A stretch of DNA of 63,693 nucleotides, filler included, from Asterionella formosa (taxonomy: Eukaryota): assembly GCA_002256025.1 (NCBI GenBank). It is 13 parts of 13 records of this genome, joined end to end, with 100 filler letters (N's around TTAATTAATTAA, not from the genome) between each part and the next. Parts side by side here need not be neighbours in the genome. Positions count along the whole stretch, not along the records: positions 1 to 17,311 come from NKIB01004507.1; positions 17,412 to 34,678 come from NKIB01004514.1; 11 more parts are not named here. The stretch is one strand, 5' to 3'. This document shows, piece after piece, positions 9,421 to 21,941 of the stretch. The notes beneath the pieces are model-generated. The model searched no databases and was not told the DNA's origin. It was given only the letters and a program-made list of their open reading frames with translations. A program made the translations under genes and the position numbers. How positions within the stretch are numbered: position 1 is the stretch's first letter; every line of letters begins with the position of its first letter.

Positions 9421-12400
9421 TCTCCCTCTCAGCCGAAGATACCAACTGAAAGAAGATTGAAGAGTGAATGAGACAAATACTATTGGTATCACAGGGGGAA
9501 TGCATAGGATAGTAAACACTATCACCCCATGACCAACTTCGGAATGGCCTCAAAAACAGGGCGTACAAGTCCTTTGGTGAAGATGTCTGACTTTTGTTTG
9601 GAAGTGGCAATCTTTATGATCTTAATGTGTCCATTTGCAACATGGGAACGGAAGAAATGGTAATTGACAGAAATGTGTTTAGACCGGGGTGTCATGCGGG
9701 GTGAGGAGGCAAGAATGAGAGCCCCATTGTTATCCTCAAAGACCTTAGAATAGTAGGTTCGAATTTCAAAAATTGGACTAGTATGTCGCATAGAAATTGC
9801 CATTTCCTGAACAAGGGCACAAGTAGGAATAAGCTCACTCATGGAATGGGACAATGCAATGTACTCATCTTCCAGCCCATAGTGGACAAGGCAACTTCAG
9901 TTTGAAGTTTTGAGGTTCAGGTAATAGGACAGCCACCAATAGTGATAAGGTATCCGGTACTACGCGACTTGACACAAAGAGGGTTTTGATCATCTTCATG
10001 TAGCAAAAGGCCAGCAAAATCCGCATCAACATAACAAGCAACCCCAAGATCCCCAGATGGAGAAAGAATGAGACCTCTGTCCCGGGTACGAATGAGGTAT
10101 CATCCAATGGCTTTGATTGCAAGAGCATGGGTTTCCTTGGGAGCATGAGAGAATCAAGCATACTGGTGAACCGCAAAGGCAATATCAGGACGAGAGTTGT
10201 TGCTCAAATAAAGAAGCATTCCTATGGCAGATCGATAATTCCAGGTCGTCTCAGTGACCATGGTAAGCCCATCAACATCAGACACCAGCGATTCTTGTGT
10301 GGTAGGAGTCCAGGTTGGGTTGGCAGAGTCGAGACCTAAGGTAGAGAGGATAATTTTGCGGTCAGTGAGACCAGTTTGCGTTAAGGTGAAGGTGTCATTT
10401 TTGCGAGAGACTTGGATGCCCAAGAAAGCGGCAAGTTCACCTTCTTCAGTGAGGTCTGCATCGACTTTAAGATCAGCCACAAGTGCATCAAGAACATTAG
10501 AGTCTGGTCCGGCCAATATAATGTCATCCACATAGCAAACAAGGACAGTAGTGTTGCAATAGAAAAGACATGATGGATCGAGGGAACTTTGAGTGAAACC
10601 GCGTGTTTCAAGTTTTGCATTCAGATGGTCAAACCAGATACAAGGGGCTTGCACCAGGAGGTCATAGAGACTCTTGTTGGTGAGCTTCAGACAGACATCT
10701 TTGTCAGAATCACTCTGATAGCCACGAGGGAGATAGATATAAATTGGTTCGTAAAGGGCAGCTTGAACAACGGCATTGCTGAAATCAATACACCGAGTGT
10801 GCAGCTTGAAGAACAAGGTGAAGTACATCAGAAGACGTACAGTAGACCACATCCTAACAGGAGCAAAGGTGTTTTCCATTGGTTCTTGGAGGTCACCACA
10901 AACATACCAACAAGCCTTTAGTGATTTAATGCGTCCGTCTGGGTGACGTTTATGGCGAAGAGTCCAAGTGCCAGGTAGAATATTGGTTGTTGCTGAAGAT
11001 TTTGAGACAATTTCCCAAGTTCCTTGTTTGATGAGTGAAGTGATTTCCTTGTGCATGGACTCCCTCCATTCACGGGGGTTAACATCACTTATGGCTTCAT
11101 CAGATCGAAGAGTGTCAGGGTCACTGGAGGAAGCAACAAAAGCGGCCGGCCAAAGCGACATCATTGAGGTGACCATCTGTGCAGGTGGCGAGCAGGTCCC
11201 AATCAGCAAACTTGGAAACGAGGTGGTTGAATTCAAGTTCATCGCCATATTGTGTGCCTGAAACACCTTTTGTACTTCTCTGAGAGCGACGAGGCAGGCG
11301 GGGTATGGGAGCAGGAGCAGGATTGGGTTGTCGGTCCCTTGGTGGAGGTGACTCCCTCAGAGCCAGGGGAGGTAAACCTGAAGGTTCCCTCAGAGATGTC
11401 AAGACCAAAGGTGGATGGCTCTCTCAGAGCTGGAGTGAATGGAACATCAATAGCAAGATAACGCTCCCTCAGAGGCGATGGGAAAAATGACTGATGAGAA
11501 GGTGGTAGCAGGAGAGGTCTGGGAGAAGTGGCTGCAGGAGCAGGTGGAATTGAAAGAGGAGCTGAGACTGGGACTTGAGCATCCTGGGCACCTCTAACCT
11601 CTAATGAGTGAGATTTGCTCTTGAGCAAGAAAATCTTCATTGCATTCATCACCCAATGGAGGAGGGTTCATAGTCATCGAAGAAATATTGGAAATGAATG
11701 TGCCCAAAGAGGTTGTCTCAAATTGGATCATTTGAGTCTGGAGCTCGATTAGGATCTGAAATGACAGTGGAGAACCAAGAGTCAAATACACAGTGGAACT
11801 GAGGGTTGATGTATCCAGTGTTAAGATTAAGCACCAGTGGGGCAGTGGAGGCATGCTTCTTTGAGATTCCCAAGAAAACTGCATGATGCAAATGAGGTTT
11901 CCATCTAGGCAGTTTCTTTCCATCCTGCATAGTAGAATCCAGGACATACACGGGACTTCCCCATACTTGGAGATCATTGCATTTGTGGGTGCCATTTAGT
12001 GCCTGAGAAAATGTCAAGAGATGCCAGGCCATTTTTCCTGTTAGGGAGATGATTATGAATGTACACAGCATGATAGTCAACAACCATAGGCCAGGGGGTA
12101 GTATCAGCAGTGTCACACCAGCGGATGGAAGCATGCAGCATCATAGTTCGCGCCATGGGCATAATGGATTGAATGTTCCGCTCTGCAACACCATTATGAT
12201 GATGGGCACCTACTCCAGCAAAGTGACTAACTTGTTTGAAAGCTGCCAATTCTGCAACATATTCCTTATCAGTGAAAGCCTTTCCATTGTCTGACAGTTA
12301 TGATGGAATAATAGCTCCAGAGTCGCAAGCAGGAGCCTCAAATTTTTGTTTTGAAACAAGAGTTTCATGAGAGGTCAGAGAGACTTGATGTTTCACATGA

Positions 12401-13200
12401 ACAAAACCGGAAGCATGGTCGACAAACAGACATCCTCCTGAGTACATTTGCTCTTGAACAGTTTTCCCTTTTGAATCATAGTGTCGTCCTTTCTTAGTGT
12501 GACAAACAAAGTGATCAACTGAGAGTTGTTGCCCTGGTCGGAGGTCTCCTTTCTTAAGTGCACCACAGCTTGATGGAACAGGCATAGAAACACTGCTGGA
12601 CGTTGGTCAACGTTTTGCCTTTCCAAATTGGCAGGAGGCACAACGAGGTAGGACACAGTTGGATGCTGAACAGTGCAGATTCTTTTGCCCTTCACTTGTT
12701 GCAAGAGCTCCTGATCTCAACAGTAATTGTATTCATTCAAAGTGTAGATGGCCAAGTCAAAAGTGCCAACGCAATAGTTCCTTCTGAGCTTCAGTTAGAT
12801 TTTGATTGCTGGAATCGGTAACACAGAGGTTAAGCTCTCGAGCACAGTGATTGACATCCACTTCATTGTATCCATAGTAGCTGATAGGAAGATTATTGTT
12901 GGTTGAGAAAGGGACAACTATGTCTGGTGCTCCACCTTCACAGATATGAATATGATCAGACTCAACTTGACCATAGGCTAGAGTTTTAGATCCAACAAAA
13001 CCTGCCTGCTTGCTTAGTACCACCCAGCAGCATTGCGCTGGTGCTGTTATACCAGTACTACTAGCTACTCATAAAACCTGGTACACAGTATGGTAGCATC
13101 ACTAAATTCCCACCGGAAGTATCATCATGGTACCTGCCTGGTACCTGGTACCAGGGTACCACAGAACCATCGTCTGATGGCCGGTAATAGGTACCAGGTA

Positions 13201-14161
13201 CCACCAAAAAACTGAGAGTCAACATTTGAAAGATTTTGAACTGAGAGTCAACATTAAAATCGAGTAAATTCACGTTTTGGGCTAAATATGCTAGATACGA
13301 ACATAATTATTCAAGCAATGTTGTAGCGATTTATGTACTAACCAATAATGATCGTGCTTTGAACTCGTCAATTAGCTAGCGTTACTTCCGTATTTGGTCC
13401 CAAAGGTTGCCGTCGACGAGAAATGAAATAAAAAAGCTAAATTAATCTTTACTCCATTCAGCTGGCATCACCTTTTATATATGTATACAGGTATTTGAAA
13501 GCATTTCTGTCGGTAGATTCATTTAGCGTCCGAATTTTTTTTGCTACAGTAAAATATGTAACAACGTCATTCGGCATTCTCCTCTACCAAAATGGAGAAC
13601 ATCAGCTGCGACCTCTCCGCGTGACTACCTGTAACACTACATACGAGGATTTGTCATGAAATCAAAAAAATCACCAGTGAAATGAATTGAAACAAGAGGA
13701 GGACCACCGGACAGATGAGAACTTGAAGTGATTGATTTGCGAGGTCCGAACGAATACTTGACGAATTTGCTACCAGTACTGATATGATCGGCACTTAAAA
13801 CCCTGGTACCTGGTACCGGTAGCTGGTACCGCTAATTATAGGATCAACAAAAGTAATAGAAAATAGTTTTTGTGGTAACAATCGAGTTTAAAAAATCGGT
13901 TTGGGGGTAAAAAATCTTCATATATAAATTAAAAAATAGGTACTGCTGAGAGTCAACGTTACGAGTCAAAATGGGTTAAGACTAAATTGCTCAGATCTCC
14001 ATAACTGTATGCTCTACTTTAGAACTGATTAAATGATAGCTATCCCCGCTCTATCGACTACGATAAAGTTCGTACTTGGTTCTAATTTTCACATTTAAGA
14101 AACTTCAATAATTTTAGTCGAAAGAAGGAGTACTGAAACGTTGACTCTCAGTTTTAGGTGG
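13201..14161. mobile_element. Non-autonomous TIR element (Tc1/mariner-type MITE) nested in the Copia element
   Basis: TIR CCACC(A/T)AAAACTGAGAGTCAAC at both ends, flanked by TA. Internal CTGAGAGTCAAC repeats at about 13242 and 13946. Confidence 0.75.
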
Positions 14162-14195
14162 TACTACCAGGTACCAGGTACACAGCCTGGTACTG

Positions 14196-14387
14196 CTAAG
14201 CATCACTAAATTCCTGCCGGCAGCCGGTATGCAAACCAGTAGTAAGTAGCTACCTGGTAGTAAAGTGCTGCTCCAGCAGTGTGGTGCTGCCATCATTGAC
14301 AGGGCAGAAGCGATTTAGCGCTACTGTTAGTAATATGCCGGCATTGCTCCTAGTAGCTATTAGTACACAAATGACCAGTGTACTGAC
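14196..14387 (-). repeat. Putative 5' LTR (or solo copy) of the Copia element
   Basis: Direct repeat of 9232-9420 with scattered substitutions. A short third fragment lies at about 13095-13115. Confidence 0.65.
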
Positions 14388-15617
14388 TGCCATGTTAGGA
14401 TCTAGACCATGAAGTCGAGAGGATTGATGGAGAATGATAGATGATAGTCTTTTACAATATGACGGTTGTCGTGTTACGCAGGGGAAGCGTGAGGGAAACC
14501 AGAAAAATATTCGGACAAATAAATGCAGCTTAACAATAACCAAAATAAGATGCAAATCAATAACAGATTATTTTAGTTCTATTTATATGTCTCATAATCA
14601 TCAGGCATTGTCTACAATTTCATGCTAGCCTCTCCATCATGCGCCAAACAACAGTGAGATGAGAAGACCCTCAACATTCAAATACAACTGACTGCGGAAT
14701 GAATACATCGCCCAAAAACCCTTATAATATTGATAGAAGGATCACTACATTGTAGCATGGCTTGCCACCAACCAACTGTCAAAAGAGACCCTAACAGATC
14801 CACTTGGACCCAATCTGGCAGCAATTTACAAATCGAATCGGCAATGCAATTCTGAGAGGGAATCCGGAAACCCATCAGATACTTTAATACCAAAGCCATA
14901 CTATGAATAACATTTGAATAACCAATGATAACGCGCACCTGGCACCATGGAGCAAGGGCACATGAGAAACGCTGGATTCTCACAGCTTCGTCTGCAAATA
15001 AAAAGTATCATGCATATAGGATCAAGGGTATCGTATGCTAAGTGGCACAGGATTTTCGTATATATGATAATTTTTGGATCAAAACTATGATCAAGGTATA
15101 CTGTAACTATGATTATTTATTAATATTTTACCAAACTTGAAGTATAATGATTATAAGAACATTATCATCACACAATGTATATCAACAGATCAACAACATT
15201 TCTTATCAATATCATAAACTTCTCATTTTATTTTCACTTCTCATGATCGCCAAATGTAAATTATTACTACAATGCATCCTAAAATCAGCTAAACTCTATT
15301 CTATCATGCGAATTGTTTCATCGTAAATATATCTTAAACATGATCATAATTCTAATCACAAGCATTGTTCAAAATAGATTGAAATGGATCATAATTTAAC
15401 TATCAAATTTAGCAATGCTATCTATTATTCTACATGCCAGCGACCCAACGTTTCTCTCTCTACTCGGCTCAATGTATATTGTTCCTGTCTCACCCTTTCC
15501 TTCCTCTTTTCTGAATCTTGTGCCAGGCTATGCCTTACTAATGTTGCGTCTCTCTCCCTGCCATTAATGACACTCTGAACTCGCCGACTATTCCGTTGTT
15601 TGATCGGTTTTATTGTC

Positions 15618-16137
15618 CTATGCAGTTACAATAACAATGAGAAGGAATGACTTGTTAGCTAGACATGCTACACTGACACAACACCACGCAATCATTCCAT
15701 CGTATCCTCTTGCTTCACTTACCACAAATCAACGCAACTGATCCATGTGTCTCTTACAGTTTTAGGATCGTATGATCATAAAATTGAAAAAGGATAGTCG
15801 GAGTAGTAAGCGAGCAACAGAGCACCATATGTTCATGACTGCTGCTACTGCAGCGGGACATTAAATCATCATATTTTTAGGATTGTATGATCCATAAAAT
15901 TGAAAAAGAATAGTCGGAGTAGTAAGCGAGCAATAGAACACCATATGTGTTCATGACTGTTGCTACTGCAGCGGGACAGTAAATCATCATAGTTTTAGGA
16001 TTGTACGATCGTATAATTGAACGAGAGTAGTCAGAGTAGTAAGCGAGCAATAGAACACCATATGTTCATGACTGCTGCTACTGCAGCGGGACAGTAAATC
16101 ATCATATTTTTAGGATTGTATAATCGTATAATTGAAA
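15618..16137. repeat. Dispersed repeat containing a ~117-bp unit x3 tandem array (15760-16137)
   Basis: Unit tttaggat(c/t)gta..gagtagtaagcgagcaa..gctactgcagcgggaca repeated three times. 15618-15747 recurs at about 62198-62330, and part of the unit recurs inverted at about 62010-62045. Confidence 0.8.
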
Positions 16138-16552
16138 ACAAGATATGCTCTAACTCAAATTGGGTTCTGATTTTGCATATGATAATGCAAAAAGCACTGT
16201 TGGTTAATATAAATAATAGTGATAATATAATTTCACATACTAGTTAAGTTATTAGAAGGTTTTCACAAACTAAAATGTCCTGAGGAATGATGAGATTGGA
16301 TGATCCCAATGGTCCATTATTTCTTCTTTTTCACTCCCAAAGAACCTAAAATGGTCCTTCTCGTTTCGTCCGAAATTTTTTCTCTACTTTTCAACTGCAG
16401 TTCGATATGAGTCTGTAAACGTTTTCAATTTGATTCCAAAAGGGCTAACATATCATCAGTTACAAAATATTTTTCAACTTTTTGTCAATTTTGATGCATC
16501 CAGAATTTTGGCCAAGAGGTAGATGGTTATACTATCTGAAGGGAGCAACTTT

Positions 16553-17311
16553 TTAATTCATTTGTTGGATCATGGATTTCACTTTGACAAAATCATCGTT
16601 CTTGAAAGATGAATTGCAAGGAAGTGGTCCAAATACTTCTTTCAACATTTTTAAATCTAAATAGGAGGTCAAAATTTTGTCGATACAAAATTGAAGAACA
16701 GTTATTTCCAACTGAAACATATCCTCACGAATGTTTGTCGTTGTCACTTGCGGCCAAACTGTTCCAAGATAAAAGAATGTTGACTTGGTCGGTGGGTCAG
16801 ATGTAACAGATAATAAATGGTCTATTTGATCTGTTGCTACCACCTGACGTTTTAAAACTTTCCAGGACTCCGTCTCCAAACGGAATTTTCCCCGGTTGCC
16901 AAGAAATTTGGTTTTGCCATTCCTTTCTAGTTGCAATAGAGTTTCCAACAATTTCACAATTGTAAATGGTCCACATGACCATCCATTATCATCTTCTGGT
17001 TGAAATAACATGGAATCATGTTCAGTGGCCATAATGATCTGCAATGGTGCTTTGGTGCCAGTATAGAAAGATTCCGATAAACCAATTTCTTCAGTTTTAT
17101 GGTATTCTTGTGGAAGATATCCTGTATCGGTGCATAACAATTCCATTTGTTTCGTGCATCCAGGGATGATGCAGTACCAGTACTTACGGGCAAGGTGAAA
17201 TACTTGATCATAATGTTCATCCAAACTTGCATCTTTTCCTCGATCACGGACTTGACATAATCCATCATTTATAGCAAAAAGATAATGCACAAAATGGTTG
17301 TTTTCCTCCTC
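16553..17311 (-). CDS. 5'-truncated ORF, possible Ulp1/C48-like cysteine peptidase of transposon origin
   Basis: Open to the contig edge. His, Asp and Q-x-x-x-D-N-G-W-S-C-G-P-F resemble the clan CE catalytic arrangement. AT-rich repeat context. Confidence 0.35.
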   Translation of the reverse strand, partial: EEENNHFVHYLFAINDGLCQVRDRGKDASLDEHYDQVFHLARKYWYCIIPGCTKQMELLCTDTGYLPQEYHKTEEIGLSESFYTGTKAPLQIIMATEHDSMLFQPEDDNGWSCGPFTIVKLLETLLQLERNGKTKFLGNRGKFRLETESWKVLKRQVVATDQIDHLLSVTSDPPTKSTFFYLGTVWPQVTTTNIREDMFQLEITVLQFCIDKILTSYLDLKMLKEVFGPLPCNSSFKNDDFVKVKSMIQQMN

Positions 17312-17411
17312 NNNNNNNNNNNNNNNNNNNNNNNNNNNNNNNNNNNNNNNNNNNNTTAATTAATTAANNNNNNNNNNNNNNNNNNNNNNNNNNNNNNNNN
17401 NNNNNNNNNNN
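17312..17411. other. Artificial contig-joining linker (N-run + TTAATTAATTAA + N-run)
   Basis: The same ~100-nt six-frame-stop spacer also starts at about 34679, 35851, 37023, 38195, 39364, 40536, 57842, 59013, 60184, 61355 and 62524. Confidence 0.98.
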
Positions 17412-17639
17412 ACGAAATTTCGAAAAGTCAAATGAATTATTTGAAACATCAACTAATTCAGTCTCGCGTTCAAAATTCATTGTGAAAACTTCACATGAAA
17501 CAGTTAAAACTTCACATGAAACCGTTAAAAGTAATCTTTTTTACGTGAAGAGTGGCATTAATGCATGTGAAGTACCACATAATTAACACTCATACGTAGA
17601 CGAAATTTCGAAAAGTGGCGTATTTCGCGTCTTAGATGT

Positions 17640-18250
17640 AGGTCTAGTGAAGTACATATTGTTGTACCATAGGTCACCATTTGCTTAGTCACCCTTGAAA
17701 CCGCCTCCCAACTGATTGGGTAATGCCTCTTGGCTGGCAATATGATCATTTCTTGTAGCATTTGTGAGGCATTAGTGAAATTTTGGTAGGCACAACTAAC
17801 AAAAAATCATGCTGTTTTGACTGCACTGGTGACCTGAAAAGTTCGAGGAGCTCTGAAAGTACCTCCTCATTGTCTACTGTCTCCTCAAGTATATAATCAC
17901 CTTCTCCATAATAAAATAACTAGTCTATATCACCATTATTGCTAAATGATCTTTATGTGATTTTAAGAGCACCAGACAGCTCAGCCCTATAAGCATCACC
18001 ATTCACAGTCCCAGGAGATATGACCACAATGGCTGGCACACAAGTTACCTCTTATTTTCTCAAGCTCCCTCAGCAGAATTTTCATTCTTTCAAGTCGTCA
18101 AAGCTTTGCAATATTCACATGATAATTTTGGACCCACAGTGATGCATGAAACAGGCACAATTTTGCCCATTGTCATATTTCGCTTTAGCACCCCCATCCC
18201 ACACAGATATTATTGAGATGATTTTGGTCAACAGACTTCTCATGTAGCTG
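17640..18250 (-). pseudogene. Highly degraded non-LTR retrotransposon fragment (RNase H-like region)
   Basis: Minus-strand fragments VISPG..DAYRAELSG and ISWEAVSRVTK resemble diatom LINE RNase H and downstream motifs. Many stops. Confidence 0.35.
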
Positions 18251-18804
18251 AATTTATTTTTGAAACCTAGAAATTTTTTGCCATGAATACCTCCAGAATC
18301 CTACAGTTCTGTCGATAAAGATAAATTTTCAGAAATTAAGTACCAGTATCCAATGAATTGAACAAAGTGTTGTTTTGGATTGAAATTCACACCGAATGAA
18401 GTCTATTAGACTGAATTCAGTCTACCGGTCGAGGGAGAAACGAAGAAGCCGAACACATTCGGCTCATCAGCACATATACCGGTATATACATTCATAGAAG
18501 TTGTGATGCCGTAAGTGCCTGGTACCTGGTACATGGTATACTCTAAACTTTTACCGGTACTCTGTACACGATAATAAACTTGTCTCTCAGCACTAGGGTT
18601 CCAGTAAAACACCTCAACCCATCAGCTCAGCCATTATTGTTGATCGACTGTCACTTACGCGTTTACAGCTTTCTGAATCTTCCATCAGTGAGCGAAGAGA
18701 AGGGAAGAAATAATTGTTAGCTACATCGAGAACGCGGAAGCACCGCAGGCCGTCTTGTCCTGTTTTATTTGCGTCGGAAAGCCGATAAGCTACCGCCACT
18801 TGCG

Positions 18805-21487
18805 ATGCCACTGCCCATTGAATCGGATTCTCTATTTGGATTCGTGCTCTCCACGTATAGAGATAAGGATTTGAGCTCCAGCAGTGTCGCTTTCTATCAA
18901 TATGAAAGCATCATTGCCGCCATTTCGATTGTCTTTTGCCGCATGACGATTGCGTCACATGACAAGGAGCCTTTGCTTCTCGGACTCTTTTTTTCACTTT
19001 GCCTTGGCATTTTAGCATTTCTCAGAAAACCCTATGAAATAATTTGTGCGCTTCAGGCGTTTTCGTACTTGGTCCCTTGGAGCATGACTCTCAGGTTTAC
19101 CTGGCTCCGGGCACAATCAGGCATGCCTGACAAGGTTATTCGCCTGTTGTTCATCGCTCTGAGTGCAGTCCTCTCGCTGGCCATTGCGCACTTTGTCCTA
19201 TCGATGCAAATTTTTTCATTACTGGCCAAAATTACACCATTCTTCATTGAAGAAGCAATCTTTTACTTGATCCCTATAGTGGAGGTGAATATGGCTTATG
19301 ATATCATTGTTCAGTTTGTCAACCCAATCATACTCAACAAACAGCTGGCACATCTCTTGTTCGTCACCTTCAATATACAAGTGGGCCTTGGTTACATTGG
19401 AATAGATTTTCTAAAGAAAGAGCAGCAAAGGCGCAATCAATTGGTTCGCATGGACTTGTCTTCAAACGACGATGGAACAACAACCATTGCCAAGGACGAA
19501 GGTGGCAGTCAGACAAAGAAGACAGAAGCCGCCCGTCGCTTTCAACGTGGTGCAGCACCGTTTATATTTGCGACTGCCACTCCATATATGCTGCAAATTA
19601 TCTTCTATGGAAACATGAATTTTTTTGCCTTCAATTGCTTAAAGCATGATCTGCATCGAGCTGTCAGATTGAATGAACTGTTTGATCACGATTCACGTTT
19701 GGTTGCCCTCTCGAATAATTCAGCAAATTCTCCAGATGGTAAGTTTTAAAGATAAGGGGGCAGGCCATCGTGACGTGTCCCTGGTAAAATTCTCAATCAA
19801 GTCTTCGCTCTTTCGCAGTTTACGCATCATCCATGGACACTGTAGTTACCACGATCTACGATTTCTTCAACCGAAAGCTGTTCAGCTTGCCAAAACTGCT
19901 CTTGTTGCCCGGGATTATTACGCGACAGCCTCTCTTGGTAGCTCAAATTACACCCTTTATCTTTGGATCAGACTTTTTGAAGGGGAAAATTATGGCCTTT
20001 TTGACAACGAACATTGAACGTCTCCAGAAGGAGTCGGCAGAAACAACGGCAGTTCGTACAAAGGTCGAAGCTTTTGATATGAAGAATGCTGAACTATTAC
20101 AACGGTCTGGAAGTGGAGCCACTGAGTTCACTCAGAAGCGATGGGAAGAGCTTACAGTTAGCATTCAGCAAAAAAATTTCATGGCTGAATTTTTGGAGAG
20201 AACAAAGCGTTTCTTCAACTGGATCCAACATCACTTTGTCTTTACGGTCATGATTGATTGCGCTTTGGCACAATTGATTGCCGTTGGAAAAATTTTCCCC
20301 TCCGAAATCTTTGTCTTTTCCCGGGCGATCGAAGATGCTGTTGATACTGTCTTGATGAGAAGCCGGGCAGAGTCTGAATTGGCTCGAATGATTACTATGA
20401 TTGAAAGGCTACAAGAGCTAGTTAATGTGTGGGAGCTACGCAAGCTCCAGGGTGCGTTGCCCTGCAGTGTTGCAGCGCCTTCTGGACACTCACCTGGGCT
20501 TGTTCTCCGCAATTTGCATTACTCTCGAGGAACTGCTTCAGTACGCGTTGACCATGTCGTAATCAAACCAGGCATCTATGCTTTGACGGGATCAAATGGT
20601 TCCGGGAAATCGACGCTCTTCAGAGTGCTGATGAGCTGTAGTTCGAATGAAAAGAGTATTGACTTGCCGTCCAGCATTGTTATGTCGTCTTCCGCTGGTC
20701 CATTAGTGGACGAATCCGATTTGACCGATGAAGAATGCTTAGCAATCGATGAAATCTGTCCTCCCGACGATGAAAACAAGGTAATACCTGCAGAGAGTGT
20801 CAATCATCACCCACCCAAGCTTGATATTATTATGCCATCACGTGATGTCGTGGAGATTAGTCAGACGTTTTACTGGCCCTTGTACACACGGCCAATAGAC
20901 TGGATTTACCAAGATCACCTTGGGTCAGTCAAGATGCTTGCGGAAATGACTCAAAAAGTTGCAGATTTACTACACGGACTAGAGTTCATGCAAGCCTCGC
21001 CCGAAAGCGAGGCTATTGCACAGGATTCAAATGGAACTGATATTTCTCCGTCAGGCGATGCAGTTCGTGAGATTTTTAATCAACTTCAACAAGTCAAGGA
21101 AGATTGGTTCAACGACCTATCTGGTGGCCAGAAAAGCAAGGTTGAGTTGGTCAGAAAGGTAAGTTCCGTGATTTGACTGAAAAAGTGAACAGTGCAACAC
21201 AAGTGCTTGTCTCATACCGTTTTTTGGCTATACAGGTACTTCTACATGACAAATGCCCCGGTGTACTGCTCATTGATGAGACAATGGCACCACTTGACCC
21301 GACGAGTAAGAGTCTCGTAATGTCTAAACTGAAAGAATTCTGTAGCGAAAGCGTCGTTATTGTTATCTACCACTCAGACGTACAAGAGTCAGAAGATGGC
21401 GCAATAGAATGCGTTCCTAGCTCAAACTTCTTTGATCACAATATTCACTTGGAGAACAGAACGTTGAACTTCAGACCAGTATGTTAG
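18805..21487 (+). CDS. ABC half-transporter-like protein (TM region + NBD); 3 exons (18805-19738, 19819-21158, 21236-21487)
   Basis: Hydrophobic N-terminal helices, Walker A GSNGSGKST, signature LSGGQ, Walker B LLIDE and H-switch IYH. GT..AG introns of 80 and 77 nt restore the frame. Confidence 0.85.
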
Positions 21488-21941
21488 TTCAACAATGTGG
21501 CATTTTATAATAGCATCAACTAATATAGTCCTCTTGAATTACCGGTATGGTTATGCTCTGCAGCAGTGCAACCCTACTATGGGTTGGGATGAGCGCGGGT
21601 CTACAAAAAGAATCTAGATAAAAGAGGTTGGGGGGATTTCCGTTAATTTTCAACGAGACCAAATGTACTAAGATACTGATATTTTCAAGGTGAAGGATAT
21701 CACATAAACATACATATGAACATCATATTACTGCGGCGTATGATTGTTGTTTTGTGCCCTGTGTTTTCGTCAATTCCAGGTGATCCTGAAATCTCGGTTC
21801 CCGGTAATCCTTCTACAAAAAGCAATCGTGTATTTTTGTTTGTGTTCGCTGATTGTTCTTGCTAGCAACATACCGGTGTATCCAAAAGATATACTATAGC
21901 CATAATGAATTCGTTTTTTTGAAACCACCAGGCACTCTGAA

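Larger units (their letters stand above)
9232..14387 (-). mobile_element. Ty1/Copia LTR retrotransposon (diatom CoDi-like), decayed, gag largely missing
   Basis: Fragmented pol 13023-9522 in Copia order: integrase (WH, SVDH, GVAER), RT (IDFSNA, CYVDD), RNase H (EDNNGA, RSKHI, SDIFTK). Polypurine tract GAGAGGGAGA at 9421-9430. Direct repeats of about 190 bp at both ends. Confidence 0.9.

Noticed and set aside
14640..15000. 101-aa minus ORF of coding-like composition
   Set aside because: No ATG start or recognisable domain; interrupted by a stop.
15760..16137. Tandem repeats here and at 4770-5050 as CRISPR-like arrays
   Set aside because: Whole units repeat with no unique spacers; eukaryotic context and no cas genes.
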